This document shows, piece by piece, positions 47,700 through 56,345 of a stretch of DNA of 64,000 nt. A model generated the notes under the pieces. The model made no database searches, was not told the DNA's origin, and saw only the letters and a list, made by a program, of their open reading frames with translations. How positions within the stretch are numbered: the stretch's first letter is position 1; every line of letters begins with the position of its first letter. The DNA is taken from contig QHXX01000038.1 of NCBI GenBank assembly GCA_003223135.1, forward strand, positions 27,672 to 91,671, read 5' to 3'. This DNA is from Acidobacteriota bacterium (lineage in GTDB: Bacteria > Acidobacteriota > Polarisedimenticolia > Gp22-AA2). The position numbers were made by a program, and so were the translations under genes.

Positions 47700-47747
47700 G
47701 GACGGCGCCCGGCCATCAGACGTGGACCGGTCGCGATGGACGCTTCC

Positions 47748-50033
47748 TTAGCGCCTTCCTGCTTCGTCGGAGATCTCGACCACAACCTTGCCGGACCCCG
47801 TGTTGCCGGCCGCGTCGGTCGAGCGCACAACGATGCTGTGTTCGCCCGGAGCCGGGCGCGGCAATGTCAGGTCGTACCTCTCGAGCGGCGAATCGTTCAG
47901 TCCGTCCGTGGGCTGGACCGACTCCCAGTCGCCCGCGTCGATGGCGTAGGCCGTGTCGCGGATGATGCTGAACGAATCGGAGGCCACGAACGCGACCTTG
48001 ACTCCGGATGGCTGCACCTGGGCCTTGATCCCCTCGATGCGGGGCGGCGTGTTGTCGACATCGAAGGGTTCCGAGATCTTCTCGGCCTGAAGCGCGCGGC
48101 CGGCAGGATTGGAGGGTGCGTCGCTCGCGACGACCCGGAACACGTAGGTCCCGTCCGGCATGGCAGTGCTGTCCCAGGTGACGAAGTCCTCGTCGATCCT
48201 GCGGCGCATCTGCTTCCACGCTGTCTCATCGGCCGCCCGGTAGTAGACGTCGTACACCAGGTCGTCGTCGTTCGGATCGCTGGCCTGCCAGGTGACGCTC
48301 CGTGCCCCGGCCTCGAAGCCGCGCCGCGACTGCGGGCGCGGGCGTCTGCGCCCACCGCTCTCGACGTCGGTCCCGGAGGGGCCGGCCGGCTTGGCCTCCT
48401 GCGTTCCGGGGGATGGCGAGCCCGGGATCTTCTGGAACGACACTCCCGGTGCCTGCACCTCGACCCGGCGGATCTCGGGCGGCAGGTTGGCCTGCAGGTA
48501 GGTGATCGCCACCTCGCGCAGAGACGGCGAGCGCTGCGGGTCCTCTGTTTTCATTTCGGCGCGCCACTGCAGGAAACGCGAGGCCGGGCAGTTCAGGAGC
48601 GCCCCGTCGGAGTTGAACGGCGCGCTCCTCCAGTCCGACCACGTCCGATCGGGCTCCTCGGTGTTGCCGCACCTCACGTTCAGGACGATCGAGGTCCCCT
48701 TCGGCGCGTCGACGCGCCAGTGGGCGCGCCCCCAGGTGGCGAACGACCGGGCGTCGAGCACGCGCGACTCGAACGCTCCCGACGGCGCGAAGCCTGTGCG
48801 CAGGAGCGACAGGCTTCCGAAGTTGCTGCCTGCGACCGCAATGTCCCCCTGTTTCGGCGGCGATGCCGAGGTCTCCCGCGTCTTCGATTCGCCGGCGTCC
48901 GCGCCCAACCGCAGAAGGGCCGTCACCTGCCCCGATGACAGGCGCGCCAGCTCGTGCACTTCGCCTTCGGCATCGAGGGAGTAGATCCGCCCCTGCGAGC
49001 TCGATCCCATGAGCAGATCCCCCGAGGACGACACGGCAAGGCTGAGAATCGCCTCCTGGCTGCCCGACCACATCTCGCGCGCGTACCCTTCAGGGGAGAT
49101 CGCCAGGACCTTTCCCTCCATCCCGATCGGGACTCGCTGCTCGGGAACGGGCTGTTGCTCCTGCGGTGGCGTCGGGGTCGGCTGGGGCGCGCCCCCGTCC
49201 GTGGGGGCAGACGGCTGGGCGGAGGCGGGCGGGGCCGGCGGAAGCGGCGCGGGCCGAGCCGCGCGCCCCGACTCACCGGCGACCGCCGCGTAGATCGTCC
49301 CGTCCCGCGCCAGCGCCAGTGAGACGACCTCGCCGAGCGGCGCATCGTACAGGACGAACCCTTCCCCTTTGGGCGAAATGCGGAAGACAAGGCCGTGGCC
49401 GTCGGTGCCCGCAATCAGGCTCCCTTTCGAGTCGAGGACGAGCGAGCGTATGTGCGTTTCGGCCGAATCGAAGAAGATGCGCCCGTGCCCCTCCGGGTCG
49501 ACCCTGAGGATTCGCCCCTCGATCCCGGTGGCCGCGTACAGCGCCCCGTCGCGGTCGAGCACGAGCGCCCAGATGTACTTCTCGCCGCTGTCGTAGGTCC
49601 AGACGGCTTTTCCGTTGGGCGCGATCTTGTAAATCTTGCCGCCCGGCGAAGACCCGGCGAAGACATTGCCCGACCGGTCGAGTGCCAGCGCGTGGACCTC
49701 GGGTTCGCCCGCCTTGAAGAAAGTCTCGGCACCCGAGCCGGTGATGCGGTAGACAGCGCCGTCGTTCCCGCCCGAGGTGTACAGCTTCCCGCCCGCGTCC
49801 TGGGCGATGGCCCAGAGGTACGGTTGTTTGGCTTCGTACACCAGGTCGAGACGCGGCGACAGCCGGAGGAGACCGTCGGCCAGAAGGGAGACGCCCTTCA
49901 GCTCCCCCTTGGCGAAATCATCCTTCTCCCTCTGGCGCCACGTCTGCGAGATGACGGCCCGGGACGAAGTGGCCTGGAACAGGAGGACGGCGAGGGCGGA
50001 CAGGACGGCGGCGATCCCGGCGGCGCGCTTCAT
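47748..50033 (-). CDS. secreted beta-propeller repeat protein (Reg_prop/PQQ-like blades) with C-terminal Ig/FN3-like domains
   Basis: Signal peptide MKRAAGIAAVLSALAVLLF; at least 6 repeats of the type DxxGxLY..T..G.VYRI; Pro-rich linker; C-terminal beta-sandwich domains; ATG overlaps S55 gene stop (ATGA). Confidence 0.6.
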   Translation of the reverse strand: MKRAAGIAAVLSALAVLLFQATSSRAVISQTWRQREKDDFAKGELKGVSLLADGLLRLSPRLDLVYEAKQPYLWAIAQDAGGKLYTSGGNDGAVYRITGSGAETFFKAGEPEVHALALDRSGNVFAGSSPGGKIYKIAPNGKAVWTYDSGEKYIWALVLDRDGALYAATGIEGRILRVDPEGHGRIFFDSAETHIRSLVLDSKGSLIAGTDGHGLVFRISPKGEGFVLYDAPLGEVVSLALARDGTIYAAVAGESGRAARPAPLPPAPPASAQPSAPTDGGAPQPTPTPPQEQQPVPEQRVPIGMEGKVLAISPEGYAREMWSGSQEAILSLAVSSSGDLLMGSSSQGRIYSLDAEGEVHELARLSSGQVTALLRLGADAGESKTRETSASPPKQGDIAVAGSNFGSLSLLRTGFAPSGAFESRVLDARSFATWGRAHWRVDAPKGTSIVLNVRCGNTEEPDRTWSDWRSAPFNSDGALLNCPASRFLQWRAEMKTEDPQRSPSLREVAITYLQANLPPEIRRVEVQAPGVSFQKIPGSPSPGTQEAKPAGPSGTDVESGGRRRPRPQSRRGFEAGARSVTWQASDPNDDDLVYDVYYRAADETAWKQMRRRIDEDFVTWDSTAMPDGTYVFRVVASDAPSNPAGRALQAEKISEPFDVDNTPPRIEGIKAQVQPSGVKVAFVASDSFSIIRDTAYAIDAGDWESVQPTDGLNDSPLERYDLTLPRPAPGEHSIVVRSTDAAGNTGSGKVVVEISDEAGRR

Positions 50034-51952
50034 TTCACCCTTATGGAGATGCGGCGGCCGCCCACGACCACGACGTCCAGATCCTTCGGGAGTTCCAGGA
50101 TTGGCGCTTCACCCATCAGGGTCGTGTCGGCGCTCAGCCGCGGATTGTTGAACACGGTGAAGATCGACAGGGGGAGATCCGGCAGAACCTCGCTGCGGAC
50201 GATCGCCGTCGGCGCCCGCCGCGTCATTCTCAGGTAGAGCGTACGGCTGCGTCTCTGGCGGCTCGCCAGGCGCACGAGGTCGCCGAGGCCTCCGGCCTGG
50301 GCCACCTGACGCTCGATCGTCCGGCGATCCAGACCGTCGATGGCCGGGCCGCTGCCGACGACGATCTCGGCGTCGCCGGGTGTGGTGTCCTCCGGAATCG
50401 TCACGACCCAGGATTCCTCCCACTCGCGACCACGGTACAGGTCGAGCACCGCGGTGACAGTGACGCTTTCGCCCGGCCGGACCTCGGTGCGCGAGGCTCG
50501 GAGCGACGAAACGACCGCGACTTGCGAGCCCTGCAGCATCTCGACACTGACGTCCACGCCGGCGATCGTCGGCTCCTCGAACCGATTGTTGTAGAGGAGA
50601 TTGAACAGGCCCCCCGCGTCATTCGCGAGCGCCACGTGGACCGGCTGCGCCGGATTGGTCCCCGAGTAGAGGTCCTCCACCGTGACCGGCGGGAACCCCC
50701 GGACATCGATGCGGTAGCGCAGCGCGAGTGTCGCGGAGGCGTCGAAGTCCGTGGTCCGCACCAGACTGTTGGCGGTCGTGACCGACAGCAGGACGGGGGA
50801 CCAGGCGCGGTTTCTCAGAATGTTGTAGTGGAAGTCGCGCCGGCCGGCGCCCGACGTCACGCGCACCGTGACCGGAATGGTCGGCGCCTCGCGACCCACC
50901 TCACCGACGATCGCCGTGAGCCCGTCCTGAAAGATGGTCCCGACAGGTGGCGTTGCGTTGGCGAGCTTGAAGGACGCGGCGGTCGACGCGAAGGTCAGGA
51001 GAACCTGCGCCTGCGTCATCGGCATTTCCATGGCGCCGGCACCGAGCAGGGGGTGGCCGAAGGCGAACACCCGGTTCCCATCGATATGAGTGAGAGTGCC
51101 GATACCGACGAAGTTCAGGTCACCGGTGGCGAGGGCCGCCCCGATCGCGGTGCCTGGCGTGAGCGGGAGCGGGCCGGATGGGGACACGACCCCTCCCCCC
51201 GCCGTGGGCTCCAGACCGCACGACTCGAAGATCGGAGCGTAATAGCGCAGGACGCCGGGGTCGCACCCCGAGCAGACGAGCGGTATGCCGATCGGCTGCA
51301 GTCCCGCCGGCGGTCCGCCGGCCGCCGCCATGGACGGTCCCTCCGCTGCCGCGCGCGGGGCGCCGCCGTCCGTTCCGGAGATCGGTCCCTCCGCGCCGGC
51401 GCGCGAAGCCAGGAAGTGACCGAGCAGATCGGGCGCCCGCGTCACGCCCTCGGCGGCCCGCGCGGGCGCCGCGAGCTTGATCATGTCGGCGATCGGGGTG
51501 ATGCCGGCGATCGCCTCCTTGGCGAACGTTCCAAGCCGATACGACACGGCGCCGACGAGCTTCCCGTCGACGTAGACCGGGCTGCCGCTCATGCCCGAGA
51601 CGACGCCGGTGTACTCGACCTTGTCCCCGCGCAGGCGGGCGATGATGAGATCCTGCTGCGGACCGATGGCGCTCTTCAGGACTCCCACGATCTCGACCTT
51701 GAACTCCTCCAGATTGTTTCCTTCGAACACCGTGCGGGCGGTCCCCTGCATCCCGGGCCGGAGTTCCTCGATCGGCATGAAGGCGACCGGTGTGCCGGAG
51801 GGCGCCGCATCCCCCGTTGCCGCAAGCGCCGGCGCCAGCGCGCCGAGAAGCGCGAAGCCCACCGCCGTTATAGCCACGAGACTCCAGGGGCGCGGACGGC
51901 CGTCGCCGCAGGTCCCGCTCGGGACCGGGGTCGCCGCCCCGGGACGGCTCAT
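50030..51952 (-). CDS. peptidase S55 (SpoIVB-like serine peptidase) with long C-terminal extension
   Basis: N-terminal TM/signal (WSLVAITAVGFALLGALAPALAA), catalytic Ser motif VVSGMSGSPVYVDGKLVGAVSY (compare SpoIVB GMSGSPI); internal ATG of ORF 50030..52132 with AAGGAAAAGGAAGAGGA RBS; ATG overlaps the upstream gene's TGA. Confidence 0.7.
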   Translation of the reverse strand: MSRPGAATPVPSGTCGDGRPRPWSLVAITAVGFALLGALAPALAATGDAAPSGTPVAFMPIEELRPGMQGTARTVFEGNNLEEFKVEIVGVLKSAIGPQQDLIIARLRGDKVEYTGVVSGMSGSPVYVDGKLVGAVSYRLGTFAKEAIAGITPIADMIKLAAPARAAEGVTRAPDLLGHFLASRAGAEGPISGTDGGAPRAAAEGPSMAAAGGPPAGLQPIGIPLVCSGCDPGVLRYYAPIFESCGLEPTAGGGVVSPSGPLPLTPGTAIGAALATGDLNFVGIGTLTHIDGNRVFAFGHPLLGAGAMEMPMTQAQVLLTFASTAASFKLANATPPVGTIFQDGLTAIVGEVGREAPTIPVTVRVTSGAGRRDFHYNILRNRAWSPVLLSVTTANSLVRTTDFDASATLALRYRIDVRGFPPVTVEDLYSGTNPAQPVHVALANDAGGLFNLLYNNRFEEPTIAGVDVSVEMLQGSQVAVVSSLRASRTEVRPGESVTVTAVLDLYRGREWEESWVVTIPEDTTPGDAEIVVGSGPAIDGLDRRTIERQVAQAGGLGDLVRLASRQRRSRTLYLRMTRRAPTAIVRSEVLPDLPLSIFTVFNNPRLSADTTLMGEAPILELPKDLDVVVVGGRRISIRVK

Positions 51953-52483
51953 TCCTCTTCCTTTTCCTTGCTGTTCTTGCCTTTGAGTGCGGCCTTCACT
52001 GACTCGACGATGTAATTCTGCATCGACGGCTTCTGGTGCTTGACCGATTCGTACACCAGGCAGGGAAGCTTGAGGGAGATCTGGACGCCATCCTCGTCCA
52101 GTGATTCCAGCCAGCGACCAAACTTGTCCCATGAGTCCCAGGTCAGCTTCCTGATCGCGCCCTTGCTGTACAGCTCGATGAGGCTGACGTCATCCTTCAG
52201 CTTGAACAGGACGGAGCGCTCATCGTAGTCCTTGAAGTCGCTGTAGGCGAAGAATTTTACTTCGCCGGCGATCTGGTCCTTGCCCTTGATGCTGATCTCG
52301 GGCGTCTTGTTGCAGCGCATCAGAATGTAGTCATCCTTCCCCTTGAAGTGGAAGGCGACGATCGGATCGGTGGTGCGGTCGTTGTCACTGGGCGTCTTCA
52401 AGGCGCGATAGACACGACGTGCGATCTGTTCGTTCGTGGTATATATCCCGCCCTCTCTGGCTACTCGTTTCATCGTCGGACCA
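51949..52483 (-). CDS. Lys/Asp/Glu-rich cytoplasmic hypothetical protein (about 177 aa), compositionally atypical, first gene of the S55-peptidase cassette
   Basis: MKRVAREGGIYTTNEQIARRVYRAL...KGKNSKEKEEE; no signal peptide; local GC about 55% versus about 70% flanks but G/C-ending codons retained; weak resemblance to tubby/LOR-type beta-barrel repeats (speculative). Confidence 0.5.
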
Positions 52484-52492
52484 ATATAGCAC

Positions 52493-52501
52493 ATTACAAC
52501 T
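52493..52501 (-). promoter_or_regulatory. extended -10 element TGcTATATT (minus strand) about 9 nt upstream of the Lys-rich gene ATG, predicting a leaderless or near-leaderless transcript
   Basis: Revcomp of 52493-52501 is TGCTATATT; the start codon is 9 nt downstream on the minus strand; embedded in the AT-richest stretch of the window. Confidence 0.4.
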
Positions 52502-52573
52502 TTGTAAATGGGCCGCTCCGCATCGACCTGTCGTCTCTTCTTTGACCTTGAAGGTTGCGTCCCTTCGCGGTAC

Positions 52574-53320
52574 ATGGATGGTCCAATGCAAAATCGAGGA
52601 ACGACCCTCTGGACGGGGCTTCTATGCGGCTTCCTCGCCGCGGGAGGCGCCGCCTCGATCCTGTCCGCGCAGACTCCGACTGCACCCACGGCAGGCGAGC
52701 CCCGCGTCAATTCCCCGGCCCTCGTCCGTGCCCTGGCCAGCATGCGACCGGACTATATGCGCTACATTTTCTCGGTCCGGCCGCTCGCACCGGGTGTTGG
52801 CCGGCGCCTCTACATGGCTCTGGTGCGACCGGGGGCGACCGACCCGGGCGGTCGCGGCAGCGCACCGTACGCCGGCCGGGGCGCCCGGAACGACATCGTG
52901 TACGACGAGGCCGCGGTCTCCTCGGGCCACAGCGTGGCCTGGAGCCGCCTGCTTCTGGACCACGAGTATTTCCACGCCCGTCACATGGCCGGCGCCACGC
53001 TTCTACCGGTGGCGCGCGGCGACTCACTGGAGGTGGAAAGGCACTACAACGAAGCGGCTGCCTGGGGGTTCAACGTGGCCGAGGCGCGCGCCGGGCAGTA
53101 CACGGGATTGCGCGAGGATGAGTTCCGAGAGGCTCTCGATCGACTGGGAGAGCACTACGCGGCCTTGCGGACGCTGCTCAAGGACGCCGACCCGAAGCGC
53201 TGGAGCCGGCTCTCGGAGCTGTTGAGCCGACCCGACCGGCTCATCGAGACCGCCGACGGACCTTCTGCAGCAGATCGTCCACGTCCTTCTGGTTTGGTTC
53301 GATCGTCAACGATTCGTTGA
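52574..53320 (+). CDS. secreted hypothetical protein
   Basis: Signal peptide MQNRGTTLWTGLLCGFLAAGGAASILSAQ (ATG at 52574 or 52586); His-containing motif LLLDHEYFHARHMAG might indicate a metal site; 3' 80 nt overlaps the convergent AP-family gene (true stop may be earlier). Confidence 0.4.
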   Translation: MDGPMQNRGTTLWTGLLCGFLAAGGAASILSAQTPTAPTAGEPRVNSPALVRALASMRPDYMRYIFSVRPLAPGVGRRLYMALVRPGATDPGGRGSAPYAGRGARNDIVYDEAAVSSGHSVAWSRLLLDHEYFHARHMAGATLLPVARGDSLEVERHYNEAAAWGFNVAEARAGQYTGLREDEFREALDRLGEHYAALRTLLKDADPKRWSRLSELLSRPDRLIETADGPSAADRPRPSGLVRSSTIR

Positions 53321-56195
53321 GGAATTGGACCGCCTTCTCGTACTGGTGCTCCTGGAGGTAGGACAGGGCCAGGGCATTGAACAACGTCGTCGTTCGTACC
53401 CCTTTGTCGCGCGCCGTCTCCAGCGCTCGGATGGCCTCGCGCGATCGGCCCATCCGTCCTTCGGCCGCGCCCAGGTTCACCCATGACTCGACGTTGTCGG
53501 GATCCTTCGCCACCGCGCGGCTCAGGATGTCCACGGCATCCTGCAGCCGTCCGTTACGCCCGTACAGGGCGCCGAGATTCGCCATCGTCGGCGCGTAGTC
53601 GGGATCGAGATCGAGCGCCCGCTTGAAGGTCTTCTCCGCCTGCGGGACATCCCGCTTCCACTCGTAGATCAAGCCCAGCCAGTTCAGGTGGACCAGCGAT
53701 TTATCGTCGAGCTCGAGTCCTTTGCGCACGATAGGCTCGAGTGTCAGGATGCGAGGCGTGTTCTTGTACAGCGTGTGCAGCTCCGCGAGCGGGTCCGAAA
53801 GGGCTGGGTCCATCTTCAAGGCCTCCAGGAGCTCGGTCTCGGCGTCCGCCATTTTCCCGTCCTTCAGAAGCAACGAGCCGAGCGCAGCCCGGATCTCCGG
53901 TACATCGGGGTGCTCGGCTCGCAGCCGCTCGAAGTAGGGAATGCCCTCGCGCGCCCTTCCAGCGTCACGGTAGATGCGGCCGAGCTTTATGTAGACGCTC
54001 TTGTCCCGGTCGGGGTCCGTCTCGATGACCGACCGCCCCACCCGGATGGCGCGGTCGTAGTCCCTCTGCGCTTCGGAGAGTTCAATCTGAAGCTGGAGCG
54101 CCGAGACGTAACCGGGCTGCTCTCTCAGGGCCTGGTCCAGGGCAGCCTGGGCCCGCGTGTAGTCCTTGGTCTTCATGAAGAGGGCCGCCTCGTTGAGATG
54201 GGCGCTGACGAGCGCCTGCGCCGGCGCATCGCCGCCCGCCTCCGCGCCGCCCGTTTCGCCTCCCTTGCCGGGCGCCGGGATATCGGCGCCCCCCCCGATA
54301 TATCCCAGTCTCTTTAGATTCTCGACCATCTCCTGGTCCACGCTGCTGGGCTCGACGATGGTCCTGTTGTCCTCCAGCCGCCGTCCGATGTCCTCATAGG
54401 AAGGAACGCTGTTCACGGCGAAGCGCTTGAGGAACCCATCGTCGATCGCCTCCTTGATGACACGGCCCGGCATGTCCCCGGCGATCGGCAGGCCGGAGAG
54501 GTAGAGGACCGTCGGAGCGACGTCGAGGAGGCTCGTCGTGTCGAGGTGTCCAGGCCTGATGCCCGGTCCGGCGATGATCAGGATGCCATAGCGCCGGTGC
54601 CAGAGGCCCGGCTTTCCCTCGATGTACGGCGGGTCGTCCTTGGGTCGGCTGCCGCCGTTCTGGAACCCGTGATCGGAGAGAACGACCACGACGGTGTCAG
54701 GTGACAACTTCGAGAGAATCTCGCCCAGGAGTCGATCCTGGTAACGGTAGTACGTTGTGACCACGTCCCTGTATTTCGAGTATTCCGCCGCCGTGACCAT
54801 GTCCATCTTCGGTGGCATGTAGTGCGCGAAGCGGTGACAGACCTCGTCGATCCCCTGGTAATAAATGGAAAACAGGTCCGGCTGTCCTCGTCCCAGGATG
54901 TCGAGGGCGATCGCCTGATACGATTTTTGACTGGCCAGGATCTTCGTCAGGTGGTTGACCGGCGCGCGGTAGGCGTTCTTCGGATCCTCTTCGACCTGCC
55001 GGCGCAACGATGCGAATTCAGCAGGCGTGACGTCCGCGAAGCGGCGAATCTCGCCGAGGCCGATCGAAGTGTCGTTCGTCAGCTTCGGGCGAATCTCTTG
55101 GAAGTAGCTCTCGGGGTAGGTCACGGCGGTACGCTCGGGTTCGCTGGATACGAATCCGAACAGGCTATACGCCGCGCGGTCCGAGACCATGAAGCCCTGG
55201 ACCGGCTCGGAGGGCCACGTCGCCCACCAGGCGATGAACGCGGACGATTTTCCCGCGTCCGTGAACATGTTCCACAGGGCCTTCACCTTGCGCCACTGGC
55301 TCGACACCGGCACGACCCGGCCGGTCTTCGCGTCCTTCGCCAGAAAGTCAATGATGCCGTGCTGCTCCGGGGGTTTTCCGGTGGCGACGCTCGTCCACAA
55401 GAGGGGCGACAGCCAGGGCATCATCGTCTTCATGTTGCCCCAGGCGCCCCGGGCCTTCAGGCGCGCCAGATTCGGGAGCTGCCCCCGCGCCATCATCGGG
55501 TCGATGATTTCCCAGTCGGCGCCGTCGAGTCCGAGGATGGCGACCTTGAGCTTCGTGTCGGCCATCCGCTCGCGCAGGGCTCGCCCGGAGATCGCCGCTA
55601 CGGTGTCCCCCGCTCCCCGGACCCGGTGGAGACTCAGGACCACCGAGGTGAACCCCTGCTCCTCCAGGCGGCCCTTCAGCTTCGCCTCGACCTCCGATGT
55701 CCCCTGCAGAAGGACAACCGACTCGGCCGAAGCGCCGCCGCCCCACTCGGCGAGGGTTGTGGATGCGGCGGTCTCCAGCGCGCCCTCGAGTGGTCGTGAA
55801 GAGCCCGTCCGAGCGAGAAACCCGGCGAGGGCGGCGGCATCCATTTGCGCCTCGACCTCGTACGGGATCTCCAGATCGATCCCCTCGCGGGTGCGCACCT
55901 GGACCGATGTCGAGACCCGAAACGGCCCCTCCGGGATCCGCAGGACCCGTTGCACGAAGGGCAGGATGAAATGACGGCCCGCTCCCAGCGGCGCGAGGTC
56001 GCGGAGGCCGGCGGTGCGCCGGAACGCCCGCTCCCCCTCGTCCACGCGCACGACCGAGAACCGCGCTAGCCCGAGGGCGGTGATGATGGAGAGCGCGGCC
56101 AGGACCAGGCGCCATCCGTGCCCGCGTTTGCCGGGGTCACCGGGCGTACGGCGGACCGCGTCGCGCCCCTCTCTCGTGCCGGATCCGGAGCTCAT
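53241..56195 (-). CDS. membrane-anchored SPFH-like domain + alkaline-phosphatase-superfamily (type I phosphodiesterase/nucleotide pyrophosphatase) + C-terminal TPR-repeat protein
   Basis: TM WRLVLAALSIITALGLA; SPFH/band-7-like segment (FSVVRVDEGERAF...FILPFVQRV...); AP-family core (LGLDGADWEIID, LSDHGF); at least 8 TPR repeats in the C-terminal 400 aa. Start ATG at 56195 preferred; an internal start at MADTKLKV (separate PDE) cannot be excluded. Confidence 0.65.
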   Translation of the reverse strand: MSSGSGTREGRDAVRRTPGDPGKRGHGWRLVLAALSIITALGLARFSVVRVDEGERAFRRTAGLRDLAPLGAGRHFILPFVQRVLRIPEGPFRVSTSVQVRTREGIDLEIPYEVEAQMDAAALAGFLARTGSSRPLEGALETAASTTLAEWGGGASAESVVLLQGTSEVEAKLKGRLEEQGFTSVVLSLHRVRGAGDTVAAISGRALRERMADTKLKVAILGLDGADWEIIDPMMARGQLPNLARLKARGAWGNMKTMMPWLSPLLWTSVATGKPPEQHGIIDFLAKDAKTGRVVPVSSQWRKVKALWNMFTDAGKSSAFIAWWATWPSEPVQGFMVSDRAAYSLFGFVSSEPERTAVTYPESYFQEIRPKLTNDTSIGLGEIRRFADVTPAEFASLRRQVEEDPKNAYRAPVNHLTKILASQKSYQAIALDILGRGQPDLFSIYYQGIDEVCHRFAHYMPPKMDMVTAAEYSKYRDVVTTYYRYQDRLLGEILSKLSPDTVVVVLSDHGFQNGGSRPKDDPPYIEGKPGLWHRRYGILIIAGPGIRPGHLDTTSLLDVAPTVLYLSGLPIAGDMPGRVIKEAIDDGFLKRFAVNSVPSYEDIGRRLEDNRTIVEPSSVDQEMVENLKRLGYIGGGADIPAPGKGGETGGAEAGGDAPAQALVSAHLNEAALFMKTKDYTRAQAALDQALREQPGYVSALQLQIELSEAQRDYDRAIRVGRSVIETDPDRDKSVYIKLGRIYRDAGRAREGIPYFERLRAEHPDVPEIRAALGSLLLKDGKMADAETELLEALKMDPALSDPLAELHTLYKNTPRILTLEPIVRKGLELDDKSLVHLNWLGLIYEWKRDVPQAEKTFKRALDLDPDYAPTMANLGALYGRNGRLQDAVDILSRAVAKDPDNVESWVNLGAAEGRMGRSREAIRALETARDKGVRTTTLFNALALSYLQEHQYEKAVQFLNESLTIEPNQKDVDDLLQKVRRRSR

Positions 56196-56345
56196 CGTGA
56201 TCTCCACGCGTGGCGCGGCAAGTGGCCACCAGGCAGGATGTTTCGAGTATAGCACCCGCTTCATCGGGCTCCCGTCGCCTGGACGTCGCCGGGTCAGGTC
56301 CGGCAATGCGCCTCCCAAGCCTTACTGAGCGATTTCCAAAGTGAA

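Noticed and set aside
51949-52560. Possible horizontally acquired island, suggested by local GC of about 55%.
   Set aside because: Third codon positions remain G/C-biased like the rest of the genome. The gene is ATGA-coupled to native-looking neighbours. The low GC is explained by the Lys/Asp/Ile-rich protein itself. There are no flanking repeats, integrase or tRNA.
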